From contig BCKZ01000019.1 in assembly GCA_001600815.1 (NCBI GenBank), forward strand, positions 249,981 to 313,980: DNA of 64,000 nt. The letters are read 5' to 3'. A program made the position numbers and the translations under genes. The notes beneath the pieces were generated by a model. It saw nothing but the letters and a program-made list of their open reading frames with translations, was not told the DNA's origin and did no database searches. Positions 49,523-63,078 of this stretch are shown piece after piece; position 1 is the stretch's first letter, and every line of letters begins with the position of its first letter. The DNA comes from Alloascoidea hylecoeti. Lineage: Eukaryota.

Positions 49523-50159
49523 GATGACCTAGGCACGTATTATTGAAACTGTAGTAATATTACTGAAACTGTACTGAAGATTTATGTCGTAATTATAAGA
49601 GGTTCAACAGAGCAGTGAAATATATATTCTCTTGAAATGAAGTTGTAAAAGGATTGTATTTATGATTATTCGGATCGCCGCAAAGCTTTTAACAAAAGTT
49701 ATATAAGGAATATATATTGTCTACAGCTGATCGTGCGATAAAATTAAGACTGTGCGTATAGTCCTAATAATTGTATATTAAAAGGTGCATTTAATGGCGT
49801 CAAGCCGGAACTGAAGGGGATATCTGAGTGCAAAAGAATGGAAAAGATAAAAAAGTGGAAAGAAAGTTTAACCATCCCAAAAGCCTGAATCAGACGGAGT
49901 TGCAATAATTATTTACCATAAACATACAAAACAAAAAACATCTATTATTTTGTTACGAATGTTATTTTATGTTGAGTTGTGCCAAAATTTATGAAACTTC
50001 ATGCAGATACGCGGAATACCGTTTTGGGATGCTGTCACGTGTATAACATTAGGGCTCACTCGCGTGAAAAAAGAAGTCACACAAGCAGATTCATATTTTA
50101 TATTTCCATCCAAACCTCCATTCAAGGGATCTTTACCAACAACTACAACAACCGACAAA

Positions 50160-51007
50160 AGTAAGTGTGTTTTAATGTTTGAAATGTGAGGAAGGACTAT
50201 TCATTTTCTTGTTAATACGACAATATCAAATATGATTATGAATATGCAATGAACAACATTAATGGTGTTGATGGATTTAGTCTTGGTGCTGAAATTTTTC
50301 ATTGCAACAAAAAGTCCTTACCTTGAATCACATTAAACCACAACTCTTTTCATTGATAATGGTCGACTAACAATCAATTTATAAATTTTATTCTAGTGGG
50401 TGCCTATAAATATTTGGAAGAATTGAGCAGAAAGAAGCAGTCCGATGTCTATCGTTTCTTGCACCGTGTCCGCTGCTGGGAATACCGTCAAGCAACTGTT
50501 ATCCACAGAGCTTCAAGACCTTCCCGCCCTGATAAGGCTCGTCGTCTTGGTTATAAAGCCAAACAAGGTTTCGTCATTTACAGAATCCGTGTCCGTCGTG
50601 GTGGAAGAAAGAGACCAGTTCCAAAGGGTGCTACTTACGGTAAACCAACCAATCAAGGTGTCTCTCAATTGAAATATCAAAAATCCTTACAATCTACTGC
50701 TGAGGAACGTGTTGGACGTAAAGCTGCTAACTTGAGAGTTTTGAACTCTTACTGGGTTAATCAAGACAGTACCTACAAATACTTTGAAGTCATTTTAGTT
50801 GATCCTCAACATAAAGCAATCAGAAGAGATGCTAGAATCAACTGGATTGCCAACCCTGTCCATAAACACAGAGAACAAAGAGGTCTTACTTCTGTTGGAA
50901 AGAAAAGCAGAGGTATCAACAAAGGTCACAGATACAACAACACCAAGGCTGGAAGAAGACATACCTGGAAGAGAAACAATACTTTGTCTTTGTGGAGATA
51001 CCGTTAA
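50160..51007 (+). CDS. RPL15: 60S ribosomal protein eL15; exons 50160 and 50397-51007
   Basis: GAYKY…[15 protein letters not shown]; intron 50161-50396 (GTAAGT…GACTAAC…CTAG) splits the start codon as A|TG. Confidence 0.95.
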
Positions 51008-53260
51008 ACGGTTTGCAAAAGCATATTCTTATATATTTTTTCTTATATAATCTAATTTTATATGCTTTGTAAAAAATTTATGTTGTAGTATAATAAGGAA
51101 TAAAAAAATTCTTAAATAATTAAAAAGTGTACCAGTATTCTCTATAGGTTAAAGTTCACGCTCTTTGGAAAAATCCTTTATTTAAACAAAAGAGATTCTT
51201 TTTGAATAGAAAGATTAAAGAAGACGTTGATCATTATTTATTTTAAATGCGTGGTTTATATTTCTATTATTATCACGGTTATTGGCAGTCGTTTTATTAT
51301 TTTTGTTGATCGTTGATCGTTGATGTTGTTTTTGGTTTTAATGGTGACGACTCTTGAAATATATATGTAATTATCTTCAATCGTTTGTTTAATTGATGTA
51401 ATTAATGTATTTTTAATATCAGTTTCTAATGTTAAGACTTGTATTAGGGTCATCACGATTTTCTGATGGTCTCATGATTAAGTGAAGTCATTGTATTAGT
51501 TGATGCTCTTTTTACATTCATTGATATTCAACAAATTTAAAGCATGAATATAATTTTGTTTAATTGAGGAGAAAAAAGCTTCTGATTGTTTATACTTATT
51601 TACTATATCATCAAAAATGTATATAAATCGATGAATCATTCACAATCAATAAAATTTAAAGGTCTGTGCCTACACAATAAACTTTGGACTCTTTTGAATA
51701 TCATATTATTTCCAATTAACATGGATTTTTTTGTTAAAACATATTGGTGAGCAAATAAATATGTAAAATAGTCATAGTATTTCAGTGGGTTTTAGTATGG
51801 CTACGTAAGGGCCCATACATTTAAAAAGTGGATTTCGCCGAAGGTTTCTGCGAGATCACTTTTAAACCTGAAAGAAAACAGAGAAAAGAGGATATGTGAG
51901 AATCTTTGATCGTATAACTATAGCGCTATATGCCTAATTGCTAATAGAAACCGTAGATTATAGTAACTGTATAGAAAATATCAATGGGCATATAAATATG
52001 GCAAAAACGGTATAAATATTTCAGATTAAAATGAATATCAATTCATGTAAGACTATCAATTATGATGAGAAAATAACATCCATTTAAAAATGAGAACCCA
52101 ATTTATTTTTCATAAATCTGTGAACTAATTCCTAAATTTGAACGACACATCCCTTTATGAAAAGAAAAGAAAAAACCTGTACTGAAATAATAAGAATTCA
52201 TAAAAGGATATCATCATTAATATCAACACTAACTTAATCAACAATTACACAATTGTATTTAAAAGGTACAATTTTCTTTTTAATTTAAAAAGAGGGTTTA
52301 AAAAGGTTGAGAACAGAAGTTTCCCGGAATGCAAATTAATATGAGATTTATGGGGTTAGATATAAGAAAGATTGAGATCCGAAGACTATGAGTGTAAAAT
52401 TTAAGAAAAAGATGGTAGTCCATTCCATTCAATTAATATAGTTAGATTGCCAGTAATTAGACATTTTTTTGATTGAGAAGCTTAAGTCTTGATAATAGTT
52501 GTGTTTTCTTACCTCTAGAATTGATGCGAATGCATTTTTTCCTGTAAATTTGATTTCATACTATTACCGACAATATTCATGTAATTTTATGTTTTTTTTT
52601 TCTTTTCGATTTATTTATAATCTGTCTTTTAATATTAATTATTTTTGATATATATTCTTTTCAGCTATATTTAACCTTTATCCATGCCTTACATTGTTTT
52701 ATACGAATTCTAATGTTCTGCTGTCTGATCAAAAAATTATACTTACTACAGGATGTTCTCTTTAATCAGAGGAAATGGAGCCCAAATCCGATTGATGATG
52801 AACTTATAGCTAAAGATATTTCCATCAGATACCTCTATAGAGTCGGCAAAAAGACCTTTTCCAATGGTATCCGCTTTCAATTAAATTTACCATCAATATT
52901 ACAATTCCAAGGTTCACTATCTATTATAACTGTATCTACAAATATGACCTTATAATAAGCCAAGTTATAGATTCCCAAAAAAGATTTAGCTTTGAATTTG
53001 GATTCGAAACAATTTTTGTTTTCTTTCGCTTTTAAATATAAATGATATACTTGAAGGTTTCAAATTCAACACTACATTCAAACTAATTAATATAGAAGTT
53101 GGGAGTCCATGTTTTACCTCTAAAACTCCGTTTCGGATAAAATATCAGTATTATTGCAATTACACACACTCATAGGTATATAAATTATAAAGTCATCTAT
53201 TGTAATATGGTATTGTTATATAAGAATTAACATAATAATATAATTTATCACCATCTAATA

Positions 53261-54766
53261 TTAAGTTGTGATTTTGTTGACATTGTATTCACGTAAAATT
53301 ACAGGAACTGAACTTGCAGGTGAACTACCCCATTCAGTAATAACTTTTTTAATATATTCAGGTGGAGTTAAATCATACATTAAATTCAAGATATTTAACC
53401 CATCAATTTGTTCATAATCACCTAATGGATCCTGTTGAATTATACTTTTGTTAACCTTACTATTATTATTATTATTTTGATTTTGATTTTGATTCTTCTT
53501 TTGTTTAGGTAATTCCTCTTTTGCAGCAATTGGTTGTTTTAAAAGTTCTGCCAATGTGTATCCTTTCTTATTTGGTTTTTCTGAACCAATTATTGCAATA
53601 TCATCAGGATCACCAAGTTCATTCATTGTAACACTATCTAGTTGAACCTTTTCACTAAATTTAATACTTTCAGAACATACTAGAACAGGGATATTTCTAT
53701 TTGTAGCTGTCATTGCTACTAATGCTGTACCAACTCTAGCATATAAACGACCATTTGAAAGCATTGAATGAGCACCAAGGAAGACAGTATCAACACCATC
53801 AAGAATAGAAGCCAATGATGTAATTAATACATAGACACATTTAACCCCAGCTCCAACTAATTCTTTAAGTAATTGTTTACCTTCAAATAGTGGACGACTA
53901 TCAACAATAATAACTGTAAAATCTTTTTCTTGTTCTTTGTGAGCATGTATAAAAGCATCTTTTAAAACAGTAGAATTTGAAAATGTAAGAACTGTACTTC
54001 CATTATGAATATGTTCATTTGCTGTTTCAACAATAACTCTACCAGCCAATTCAATTTTTTCATTTATAAAACTATTAATATCATTACATAAATCAGATTT
54101 TGCTTCAGAATCAATTTTATCAATAGAAACTTTTGAAATTCGTTGTTTTAACCATCTAATAGCATTACCCATTGGAACACTTAAAGGACGTGCTAATTTC
54201 AAATAATCAATTTGATGACTTAAATGAGCAGTTAAATTTCTACTTAATGTTGTTCCATGTGGAGTAAAATAATCATTTATAACATCTTTAAAAGTAATAA
54301 GCATTTCTTTACATCTTTGAATAGAACCAACAATTGAATAAGTTGAAATTTTTAAAGCTAATTTTAAAATTGCTGGATGAATAACTTTTGCTAAAGCTAA
54401 TGGTGATAAATCAAGTTTTGTTTCAGGATTATGTAAATGACCAAATAAAACAAGTCCTTTTGCTTGTGGTTTAAAAGGTGTTTGATTTTTTATAACGACA
54501 TTTGTATCAACGATTTTTGATTGTGATTGTTTTCCACTTTTAGAATTTCCTTCATTGGATTTAGGATTTGATTTAGAAGATTTTTCTGATTGGTGTGGTG
54601 ATGGAGATCCTACTTTACTTTTTTGGCGTCTTAGTAATTTTTCCTTTTTTTTCAACTCCTTCAATTCCTTATTTGATAACGTTTTTTTACCCTCTGGAGC
54701 TGGTGAAGCAGTTGAAGAAGGAGGATTTGATGGAGCAGAAGCAATAGAAGGGCTTGTTTCGGACAT
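53261..54766 (-). CDS. GCD2: translation initiation factor eIF2B delta subunit
   Basis: IHPAILKL, ARPLSVPMGNAIRWLK, NELGDPDD and YDLTPPEYI motifs. Confidence 0.95.
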   Translation of the reverse strand: MSETSPSIASAPSNPPSSTASPAPEGKKTLSNKELKELKKKEKLLRRQKSKVGSPSPHQSEKSSKSNPKSNEGNSKSGKQSQSKIVDTNVVIKNQTPFKPQAKGLVLFGHLHNPETKLDLSPLALAKVIHPAILKLALKISTYSIVGSIQRCKEMLITFKDVINDYFTPHGTTLSRNLTAHLSHQIDYLKLARPLSVPMGNAIRWLKQRISKVSIDKIDSEAKSDLCNDINSFINEKIELAGRVIVETANEHIHNGSTVLTFSNSTVLKDAFIHAHKEQEKDFTVIIVDSRPLFEGKQLLKELVGAGVKCVYVLITSLASILDGVDTVFLGAHSMLSNGRLYARVGTALVAMTATNRNIPVLVCSESIKFSEKVQLDSVTMNELGDPDDIAIIGSEKPNKKGYTLAELLKQPIAAKEELPKQKKNQNQNQNNNNNSKVNKSIIQQDPLGDYEQIDGLNILNLMYDLTPPEYIKKVITEWGSSPASSVPVILREYNVNKITT

Positions 54767-54933
54767 GATTTATTACTTCTGCTTAGGATGAATCATTTTA
54801 AAATGACTGAAATATTCAAGGTCGGGTAACTCCAGGTCATTGAAAATTAATGTAGCGTTACAAGCTTATAAGAAAATGTTGCTGATTATCGAATATATAC
54901 ACTACTATAATCTCAGCTACAAAAGAATATAAT

Positions 54934-56157
54934 CTATTTACTTTCTTCTTCTTTAGAGTTTTGTCGAGCCGCAATTCGCTTCTGTCGAAGTTGTCTATTT
55001 TGTTGAATTCGACTTGTTCTTATCGCAGCTTTTGTCTTCTTTTTTTCATTAATTTTAGCATTATTATCAACAAATTTTAACCATTCATCACTTCTGTGAC
55101 CTAGAAATTTATAAACGAAATCACTTCTATCGGCCTTGACAGTTTTAGCAGCTTTTTCATAATTTGAAATAAATTTTTCAAGAGTTTGTTGAAATGTATC
55201 AAAACCTTCTAAAGTTACAGGTTCATTATCACCTTTAACAAGAGATAATTCATTCAATGATCTTTTAATAGATTCATACAATAGTTCATTATTTATCAAA
55301 AAACTTCGTGTAAGAGCAAATTTATTTCCTTCTGCAATTTCTGGCATATAAGATTCCAAAGTTGTAAATTCTTCAATTGGTTTAGCATTTGCAATTTTAA
55401 AATGTTTATTCATTAATTTTTGTAAAACAGGAACATGTTTTGTAAAATTATCATTTTTCATTAATCTATGAAATGAAGCAGATGCAACAAGATTTGCAAC
55501 TGGATCCTCTTTAGCAATTTCATTTGTTGTTTTTACAGCTTTAGATAGAAAATCTCTTAAATTACCATTGAAATTCACACCTTTTTTAGTACCAGTAATA
55601 TAAAGATAATAATAAAAATATGCCAATCTAATTGTATCAGCATTGATCAAGTCCTTTAAAAATTTACGTTTGTAAATTGCACTGAGTGCTGTGAAAAAAC
55701 GATATTTTGAAGAATAAGAACCAGCAGCCCAAAGAAATGAATAAATATGACTTGGTTTTAAATACTCTGGGTATTTTTCACCAAATTCAAATAAATTATT
55801 CTTTGTTTTTATAAAATTTTCATGATTTAAAGAATATCTAAAAGCATCAGATAATACAGATGATGGTGGAATACCATGATATTCTTTTGTCTTTGCAGGT
55901 TCACCATTTGGTAAAATAATATTATAATGTTTTAATTCATCAAAATTTCGTTTTCTATAAATTAATTTTCTTCTACCTGATTTCATTGATTTATATTCAA
56001 AATAATCTTGAATTTTTGAATCAAAATCTTCCCATTTGTGTTTGGTTGGGGTTTTGTAAGGAACAGCCATAAAAGCATATGCTCTTGACAAACAAATGGA
56101 GCCATTTAAAAGGCCGCTGATAGGTCTTAAAGTTGTCGAAGCCCTTGCCTTTAACAT
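54934..56157 (-). CDS. mitochondrial protein, probably mitoribosomal Mrp13-like (inferred from synteny)
   Basis: Arg/Ser-rich presequence, basic 407 aa; tandem upstream of GCD2, as MRP13 is in S. cerevisiae; no sequence motif recognised. Confidence 0.55.
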   Translation of the reverse strand: MLKARASTTLRPISGLLNGSICLSRAYAFMAVPYKTPTKHKWEDFDSKIQDYFEYKSMKSGRRKLIYRKRNFDELKHYNIILPNGEPAKTKEYHGIPPSSVLSDAFRYSLNHENFIKTKNNLFEFGEKYPEYLKPSHIYSFLWAAGSYSSKYRFFTALSAIYKRKFLKDLINADTIRLAYFYYYLYITGTKKGVNFNGNLRDFLSKAVKTTNEIAKEDPVANLVASASFHRLMKNDNFTKHVPVLQKLMNKHFKIANAKPIEEFTTLESYMPEIAEGNKFALTRSFLINNELLYESIKRSLNELSLVKGDNEPVTLEGFDTFQQTLEKFISNYEKAAKTVKADRSDFVYKFLGHRSDEWLKFVDNNAKINEKKKTKAAIRTSRIQQNRQLRQKRIAARQNSKEEESK

Positions 56158-58499
56158 ATTTAACGATCTAATTCCCTTTGGGCTGAATTTTTGAAACTGT
56201 GAAATCTGCTGAATTTCATGTTCTGAAATTTACGCAATGTTTGCATGGGAAGCAAGATTGATTACGAATATTTCAGCACGTACTAATTATAATCGTTACC
56301 ACTCACAAGAAAAATGACTGAGTAATTTGAAATTTATATAGAGTCAAGTTATGCAATTTCATACACATTGGGGAATTCAGAGAAACGGAGAATTTGCAAT
56401 TTTTTATTATTGTTATATTATAGCTAGACCTAGGCTTAGAGGCCATTTTGTTACCCGGATTGCCAAACAAGTGATTCACCAACGGAACTACCTATATCCA
56501 TAGGATCACTTCGTTTTATTCTTGTGCTGAGTACCTTTGGATCCGAAAATATTTATAAAAGAAGGAAGTCTAGGATGAAGTATGAAAAGGAAGCCGTGCT
56601 TCACTGCTTAATGTGGCTAACAGTAAACTTAAAAGCGTAATTTTATATTTGGTAGTTGTTTTCAATATATATATATATACTCATCCCCAGGATCAACTGA
56701 AAATAAAGACGAAGATGTAAGGTGTTATTTCCCTTGCTCCTTTACTGAAGTTGGGAATCTGTTTACCAAAATTTGAATTTTCTCTGAGAATTAATTAATT
56801 TCTAGAGTGTTTTACAATTGGCAATCAAAATAAATAAATATAATGAACACATAAACTTATAATTATTTACACAATCCCTACATGTAATTATATTATCATT
56901 CAGAAGATATCAAAGATTTAAGTCGTTTATAATTGTATTTTTAGTTTTAAGTTTAAAAGATTCTTAACAAGCTTAGATATACTTGGTCTCCTTATTATGT
57001 TCATAATCATTTATGTGTGATAAGTAAATAATTTTAGTGCAAACGAAATCGGATCAATAATTGACCTGTAGTTCCTCGCATTGTAAGCAAATATTAACCA
57101 ATTACATATATAGTAAAATGTATAACAGATAGTGTCGAGTTGGGATTTCAGCACATCAGCCATAACGAAAAGTACAGCGTTGAAGAATAATTTAAGCTAA
57201 GCTTAAAAGATAAAAAACAAGTGGTTTTTTTTTTTTTTTTCAAAAGTCATTCCAAGTGATGATATATTGACAGATAATACATCCTACATATAGCTATAGT
57301 TTAACAGAAACTTAGATATATACTCATAATTGATTATTTCTTAACATTGAAAGTCGATCGCGATGCGGCTAAAAGTCAAAGATAAAATTCTGATAGTATT
57401 AAAGGCCGACATGTTTGTAAATAATGTAAGGAATTGTTCGTCATATATTATACCAATATTTAAATTATTTTTGGATTTCATTTCATATAAATCTTTATAG
57501 TAATATAAATACACCGAGCCTTGAGATAATCACTAGTGATACGATAATTACTGAAATGATTATAGTTAGAATATAAGACTTAATAAATCCGACTTCAAAT
57601 TACTATTACTAGAGTAATCAATCTTTATATCTACATTCTTACTTTGAAAATATAAATCTAAACCACAATCTCTTTATGTTCATTCAATAGCTTAAGATCT
57701 ATAATCCAGTGTAGTATATATATACGCCTGCTAATACCTCAGTTTCAGCGGAGGTACTACCTTCCTCGGCAAATAGTTGAGATATTGCTTTAGCTGTGTA
57801 GTTCATAAGATTTTATATATAGTGGTTAAAAATCACTAAAGATGAGATCTTCCCAAATAAAGTTTATCAATAGCATTAGGTGTCTTAAACCAAACATTTA
57901 AAGGAGATTGACGCCACAATATTAATAAAGCTTCAACTTTTGCCCTGTAAAAGAAACAAAATAATACAGCATAAAAAAGGTTGCATAAGATTACGTGTTT
58001 CTTTGTGATGCCGGAGACTTTTTTCCTCTCAAGCAACATAAGTGATGTTGGAAAGCGTCAGATTGATGAGAGAAGCATGGGAGCATCAAATCTAGAAGGT
58101 GAAGATTGAAGCACACGCTCAAGAAACGTTTCGGTCACATTCTAGATTAATAATTCGGCCCCATGAACCAGTAATATTCGTCATCTCAATTAATTTCGGC
58201 CACCTTGCAATAAATTCAAGCTTACTAAAACTTTTATGACCATGGGGTACCGCGGTAATATATATAGTGCTAATGGTTAATAGAGTAATAGATAATTAGT
58301 TATGGAAAGTTAGTTGGAAGGCTCTAAGTAACGGAAACTGATTACATCAATAAGAGATTAAGTAATACAAGAGAATCAACTTTCATTAAACTTATAAGAG
58401 TACTTAGTATTGTAAATAGATCTAGAGTCGCCGTTCGAGCTAGAAATGCGTTCGGTCTCGGTCTTGTTCATTTCAGAGGGTAGGCAATACACCGTTAGG

Positions 58500-58650
58500 G
58501 TAAACAATTCCATATTGTTAACTCCTCAAATAAATGTTGGTTATGCTCAAAGGATCCAGAATCAACTGAACATCTTATCAGTGATTGCCAGATGGGAAAA
58601 ATGTTATGGAAAAAATTAGAAGAGATATTGGGACCCATTATAATCGGGTG
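58500..58650 (+). mobile_element. LINE CCHC-finger fragment (distinct family)
   Basis: NKCWLCSKDPESTEHLISDCQMGKMLWKKL. Confidence 0.7.
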
Positions 58651-58986
58651 TGTAATAATATACAGAACAGACCAAAATATAACTGCTGCAGGTCCACCGT
58701 TTGCATTAAACGTAATAGCCTGTTTTGTAACATACATAATAATAACTTATACTTTTGATATCATATTCTTATAAATTTTTTTATTTATAACTAGGCAATC
58801 TTTCCAATTGATCTTATAATACTTTTCTCTGCTAGTGAATATTGTGTATAATATGATCAGTGAAAATATTGGCAAATCATCTCTTACCCAGGCATCAGTA
58901 TTAAACGGTGTTGAACTTAAAACAACATTATCCACAAAGAAGGAGATGATATGGAAATCCCATCACTATTCCGATCAGCTAATACA

Positions 58987-60500
58987 ATGGCAGATGACGA
59001 ATCAATGGAATTTACAGTATTTTCTGAAGAAGAAAAAGCTAGTAAAGATGATGAAAACGTTGAAGGTTTGAATTTGGAACGCATAAGTACAACAAGTGAT
59101 TATAATGACCATCACCAGGATCCGGACACATATAAAATAAGATATAAACGTTTAACGCCACAGGAACTAGATTTATTTAAACGACAAGAAACTACTAAAA
59201 TCACGGGAATACTGGAAGTTGATGAATCAACAGCTTTAAAACTACTGGATTTCTGGTCCTGGAATAGTGATCGATTAGTTAAGTCATATTATGAAGATTA
59301 TAAACGAAGCTGGTGTGTTTTTAAACCAAGATAGAATTCCAACATTTAATGGAATTAAAATCATAAAGGAACAACCTAATTTTATGTGTCTTATATGTTG
59401 TGATGATGAGGATTTGGTATCCATTTTTTTACCATGAGAACATAAATTTTGCCTCAATTGTTATCAACCTTATATCGAAAGAAAAATCGATGAGAAAAAA
59501 ATCAGTTTATTAAAATGCCCTGATCCAAGTTGTAAAGTTACATTATCGGAAAATGATATCAAACAAATAGTTTCAGAAGATTATTTTAACAGATATTTGA
59601 AATATTCTAGTCAATCATTTGTTACAAGTAAAAAGAATATTCATTGGTGTCCATTTCCCAATTGTCCAAATGCTGTTGAATGCGAAGTTTTTAAACCTAA
59701 TCATTTAAACCTAATCATTTACAGAAAATAATTCCTACAGTAAAATGTATAACAGGTCATGAATATTGTTTTGGTTGTGGATTAAATGAATCTCATGAAC
59801 CAGCACCATGCAAACAAGTTGATTTATGGTTTAAAGCTCGGATAGTTTTAAGAACAAGAGAATATCCAAATTGCCACTCTCCCATAGAGAAAAATGGGGG
59901 TTGTAGTCATATGACATGTCAATCCTGTTGTCATCAATTTTGTTGGCTTTGTTTTGCTCCGTGGCTTTCTCATGGAAGTCGAGGTAATAAATACGTATAT
60001 AATAAATTTTATACTGGTAAAGGTGATGAGAATGAAGCAGAGAAAAGAATGAGTATGGAAACCTCTATGTTAGAATTAACAAGATATTTATATTATTACA
60101 ATCGTTATAAAAATCACGAAGAATCTAATAAAATCGATAGAAACTATTGAAAAATAAAAGAAAGAAAATGGAAATGTTATTAGATGATGGTATGTCATGG
60201 GTCGGCGTGCAATTTTTACAACAATCATTTTAACGAAATGTAGGAGGAAAACATTTAAATGGTCCTATACTTTTGTATTTTATTTACCCAAGGAATAAAA
60301 ATTTAACAGCTATATTTGAAAAAAATCAAGCAGATTTAGAAAGAGCTGTTGATAATTTAGCTGAGATGTTTTTAAAACCAGTTAATAAATTGAAAGATTT
60401 GAAGATTAATATGCTTGATGCTTCAAGATATGTTGAGAATAGATGAGAAGTTCTATTAAAATTTGCTTAAGAATTAAAGAAAGGTAGTTGGACTTTTATT
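58987..60500 (+). pseudogene. Ariadne/Hel1-type RBR E3 ubiquitin ligase pseudogene
   Basis: Acidic N-terminus, RING1 remnant CLICCDD…HKFCLNC…CPDPSC, IBR WCPFPNC, RING2 IEKNGGCSHMTCQSCCHQFCWLC, Ariadne RYLYYYNRYKNH…NQADLE; several frameshifts and stops. Confidence 0.85.
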
Positions 60501-62614
60501 ATTATTATAAAAAACTTAAGGCTATCTAATCCTTTTGAAAGCAAAAGGGAAACAAAACGAATGAAATTGACAGTCCAGGCTTCAGATATGATATTGAAGG
60601 AAGATGTTAGTAGTAAAGGTTTGTGTCAACTTTTATGGGATATAAGTGAAAGTAGCTAAAACTACATATTGACTATTAGAATTGTCTCCGGTGATATTTA
60701 GACAAGTTGATGAAGGTGATTTGTATTTTATTTAGTAATATTTCCTCTGGGCATTAGTCTACCTGCCATTCATAATATAATTAGTACCAACTATATTTCC
60801 CAGGAGCTTCTATTTGCTTTCACACTGAAAACACCTATCTTGGAAAATGAGTTTCTAGAGAGCTTAAATTTACCGGTAGTTCTGTTATATATGCTTTAAA
60901 ATTGCATATCAGAAAGCTTTAAGTGTGTGGAGAAAAAAGGATATGAATCCAAGGATACTTTCTTATTACAAAAAAAGAGCGCTGATAATTAATTAGCAAG
61001 CTAGTTGAAACTCTAATTGATTGAAACTGATGAAGAGAATCAATTTTCATTAAATATTCATATATCACTATATAAAGTAACCGAGTCATATGTATAAGTT
61101 ATATATAAAGGTTGGAGAACGCGATTTCTACATGTACTTTGTTTGGTGATATTTCCTTGAGAATTAGTCTTAAACCAGGATTCCGCTTTTATAAATTCTG
61201 TGTATTTCAGACTGAAACAACTTATTTTTATTAATTATCCAGGTTTAATTCATGTTCTTATTCATATTCTTATTAAAAAGAGAAGATATGAAGTTAGATC
61301 AAAAGATTAGAAAACGAATGAAAATCAATAATATATTGTACAGAAACTTAAATTGAAAAATGAAAGTTTAAATTATTATTAATGTATCGTGTACCAACTA
61401 TTTTAAAAGAAATATCATATAATTTCAAGTTATAAGTTATAATTAAGCGCTAACAATTAACCAGGAATTCGAATTAAGCTTAAAGGAAAGAAAAAAGACA
61501 ACAATTGCAGGAGTAGATCGATCATATCTAGAATAGAAGTAAAAAACATATAAGTTACTAGGATATATTAATAATTACAATTGATCAAAATGATATATCA
61601 AAATCATTGATCAAAAAGATGTTTAAAAAATTTAAAACTTAATTATATAATATCTTGCAATTGTATATTCTTTTTGTGTTTTTTTCTATATTTGATTTAC
61701 TTTTATAAATTTAAAATTTTAAGAAACCAACAATTACAGTTTAAATTTCAATTTAAAATAAAATGAAAAAAAAGGAAGCCTTAAGAATTTGTTTTATAAG
61801 GTAATATAAAGCATATAATTATAAAGTTATAATAATATTAAAATCAAATCAAAGAACCAGAAAATCAACATCGAAATCATACAAATAAAAAATATTTAAT
61901 TTAAAAAATAAAAAAAAAAAAAAGAATGAAAACAAAACAAAACAAAACAAAACAAAACAAATAATAACAGTAAATAATACTAATATAATAATAATTAGTA
62001 TTATAAACAATACTTCTCCCATAATTATAAACAATGATTTAAATAATGATAAACTAATGAATCCAAATAAAATCAACTTAAAAACATTGGAATATGCTAA
62101 CAATTAAAATTTAAATGACACAAAGGAAAGAAAAAAAGAGGAACTTTAAAGAGGAGGAATACAATTAATTGGAAAAAATAAAAAACTTATCATAGATGTA
62201 GGTTTTAAATGTTTGGTTAGAGAGTGATAATTAAAATTAATAATAATGATTAAAAAAAAATTTTTTTTTGAATTGAATTGAATAGAATAAAAGATAAAAG
62301 TCAAATGATTGTCATTAGTTAAGGAAGTGTCTTGTTCATAAATATAGAAAAAAAAGGAAAACAATAAAAAAAGAGTAATTAATGTTGTTGATTTTGATTT
62401 TTTTTGCATACATGTTTTTTTTTTTTTTTTTTTGTGATTGATTGATAAGAACAATTTCGGTTTGAAATTTGAATTAAATTAAAAATAGAAATTGATTATG
62501 TTGAATAAATCAATTGATTAATATGACATCATCTCAATTATTAAAAATATTTTTAACAAAAGAGGGGAGTCCAAATGATAATAACATCATAAGATAAATT
62601 CCAACTTTTTTTTT

Positions 62615-63045
62615 TTATCCACAACAGAAAGTAGTAATTCTAGTCCAAAATTTATTATTTTTCGATGATCCTGAATCATTTCTTGTATTTGTAACCGCCA
62701 ACTGTTGTTGTTGATGTTGTTATTTCAATTTTAATTAACTTATTTCATGCTTACATATCCGATATGCAGTGCAGATCAATCATCAAATGATCTACATATG
62801 TTTCAGATTTATATTAAACTACATGCCTTGCATATTAGATATGCAGGGGTTACGTGGTCATTCATATACTACAGCAAGCCCCTTAATATTATTGCCACCT
62901 CCTTATTATTATTTAGCCTATATAGTTACATATATAAGACAGTTAAATCCATTGGATTTAACTCTCTACTTTTTCTTATTCCTATTTAATATACTATTTA
63001 CTTTATCTTTTTTACTCTATCAGTTTTACCGATTAATAGTTGATT

Positions 63046-63078
<33 letters not shown>

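Noticed and set aside
50230..50293. Possible C/D snoRNA in the RPL15 intron (ATGATTA…CTGA)
   Set aside because: Imperfect C box and I could not identify an rRNA-complementary guide
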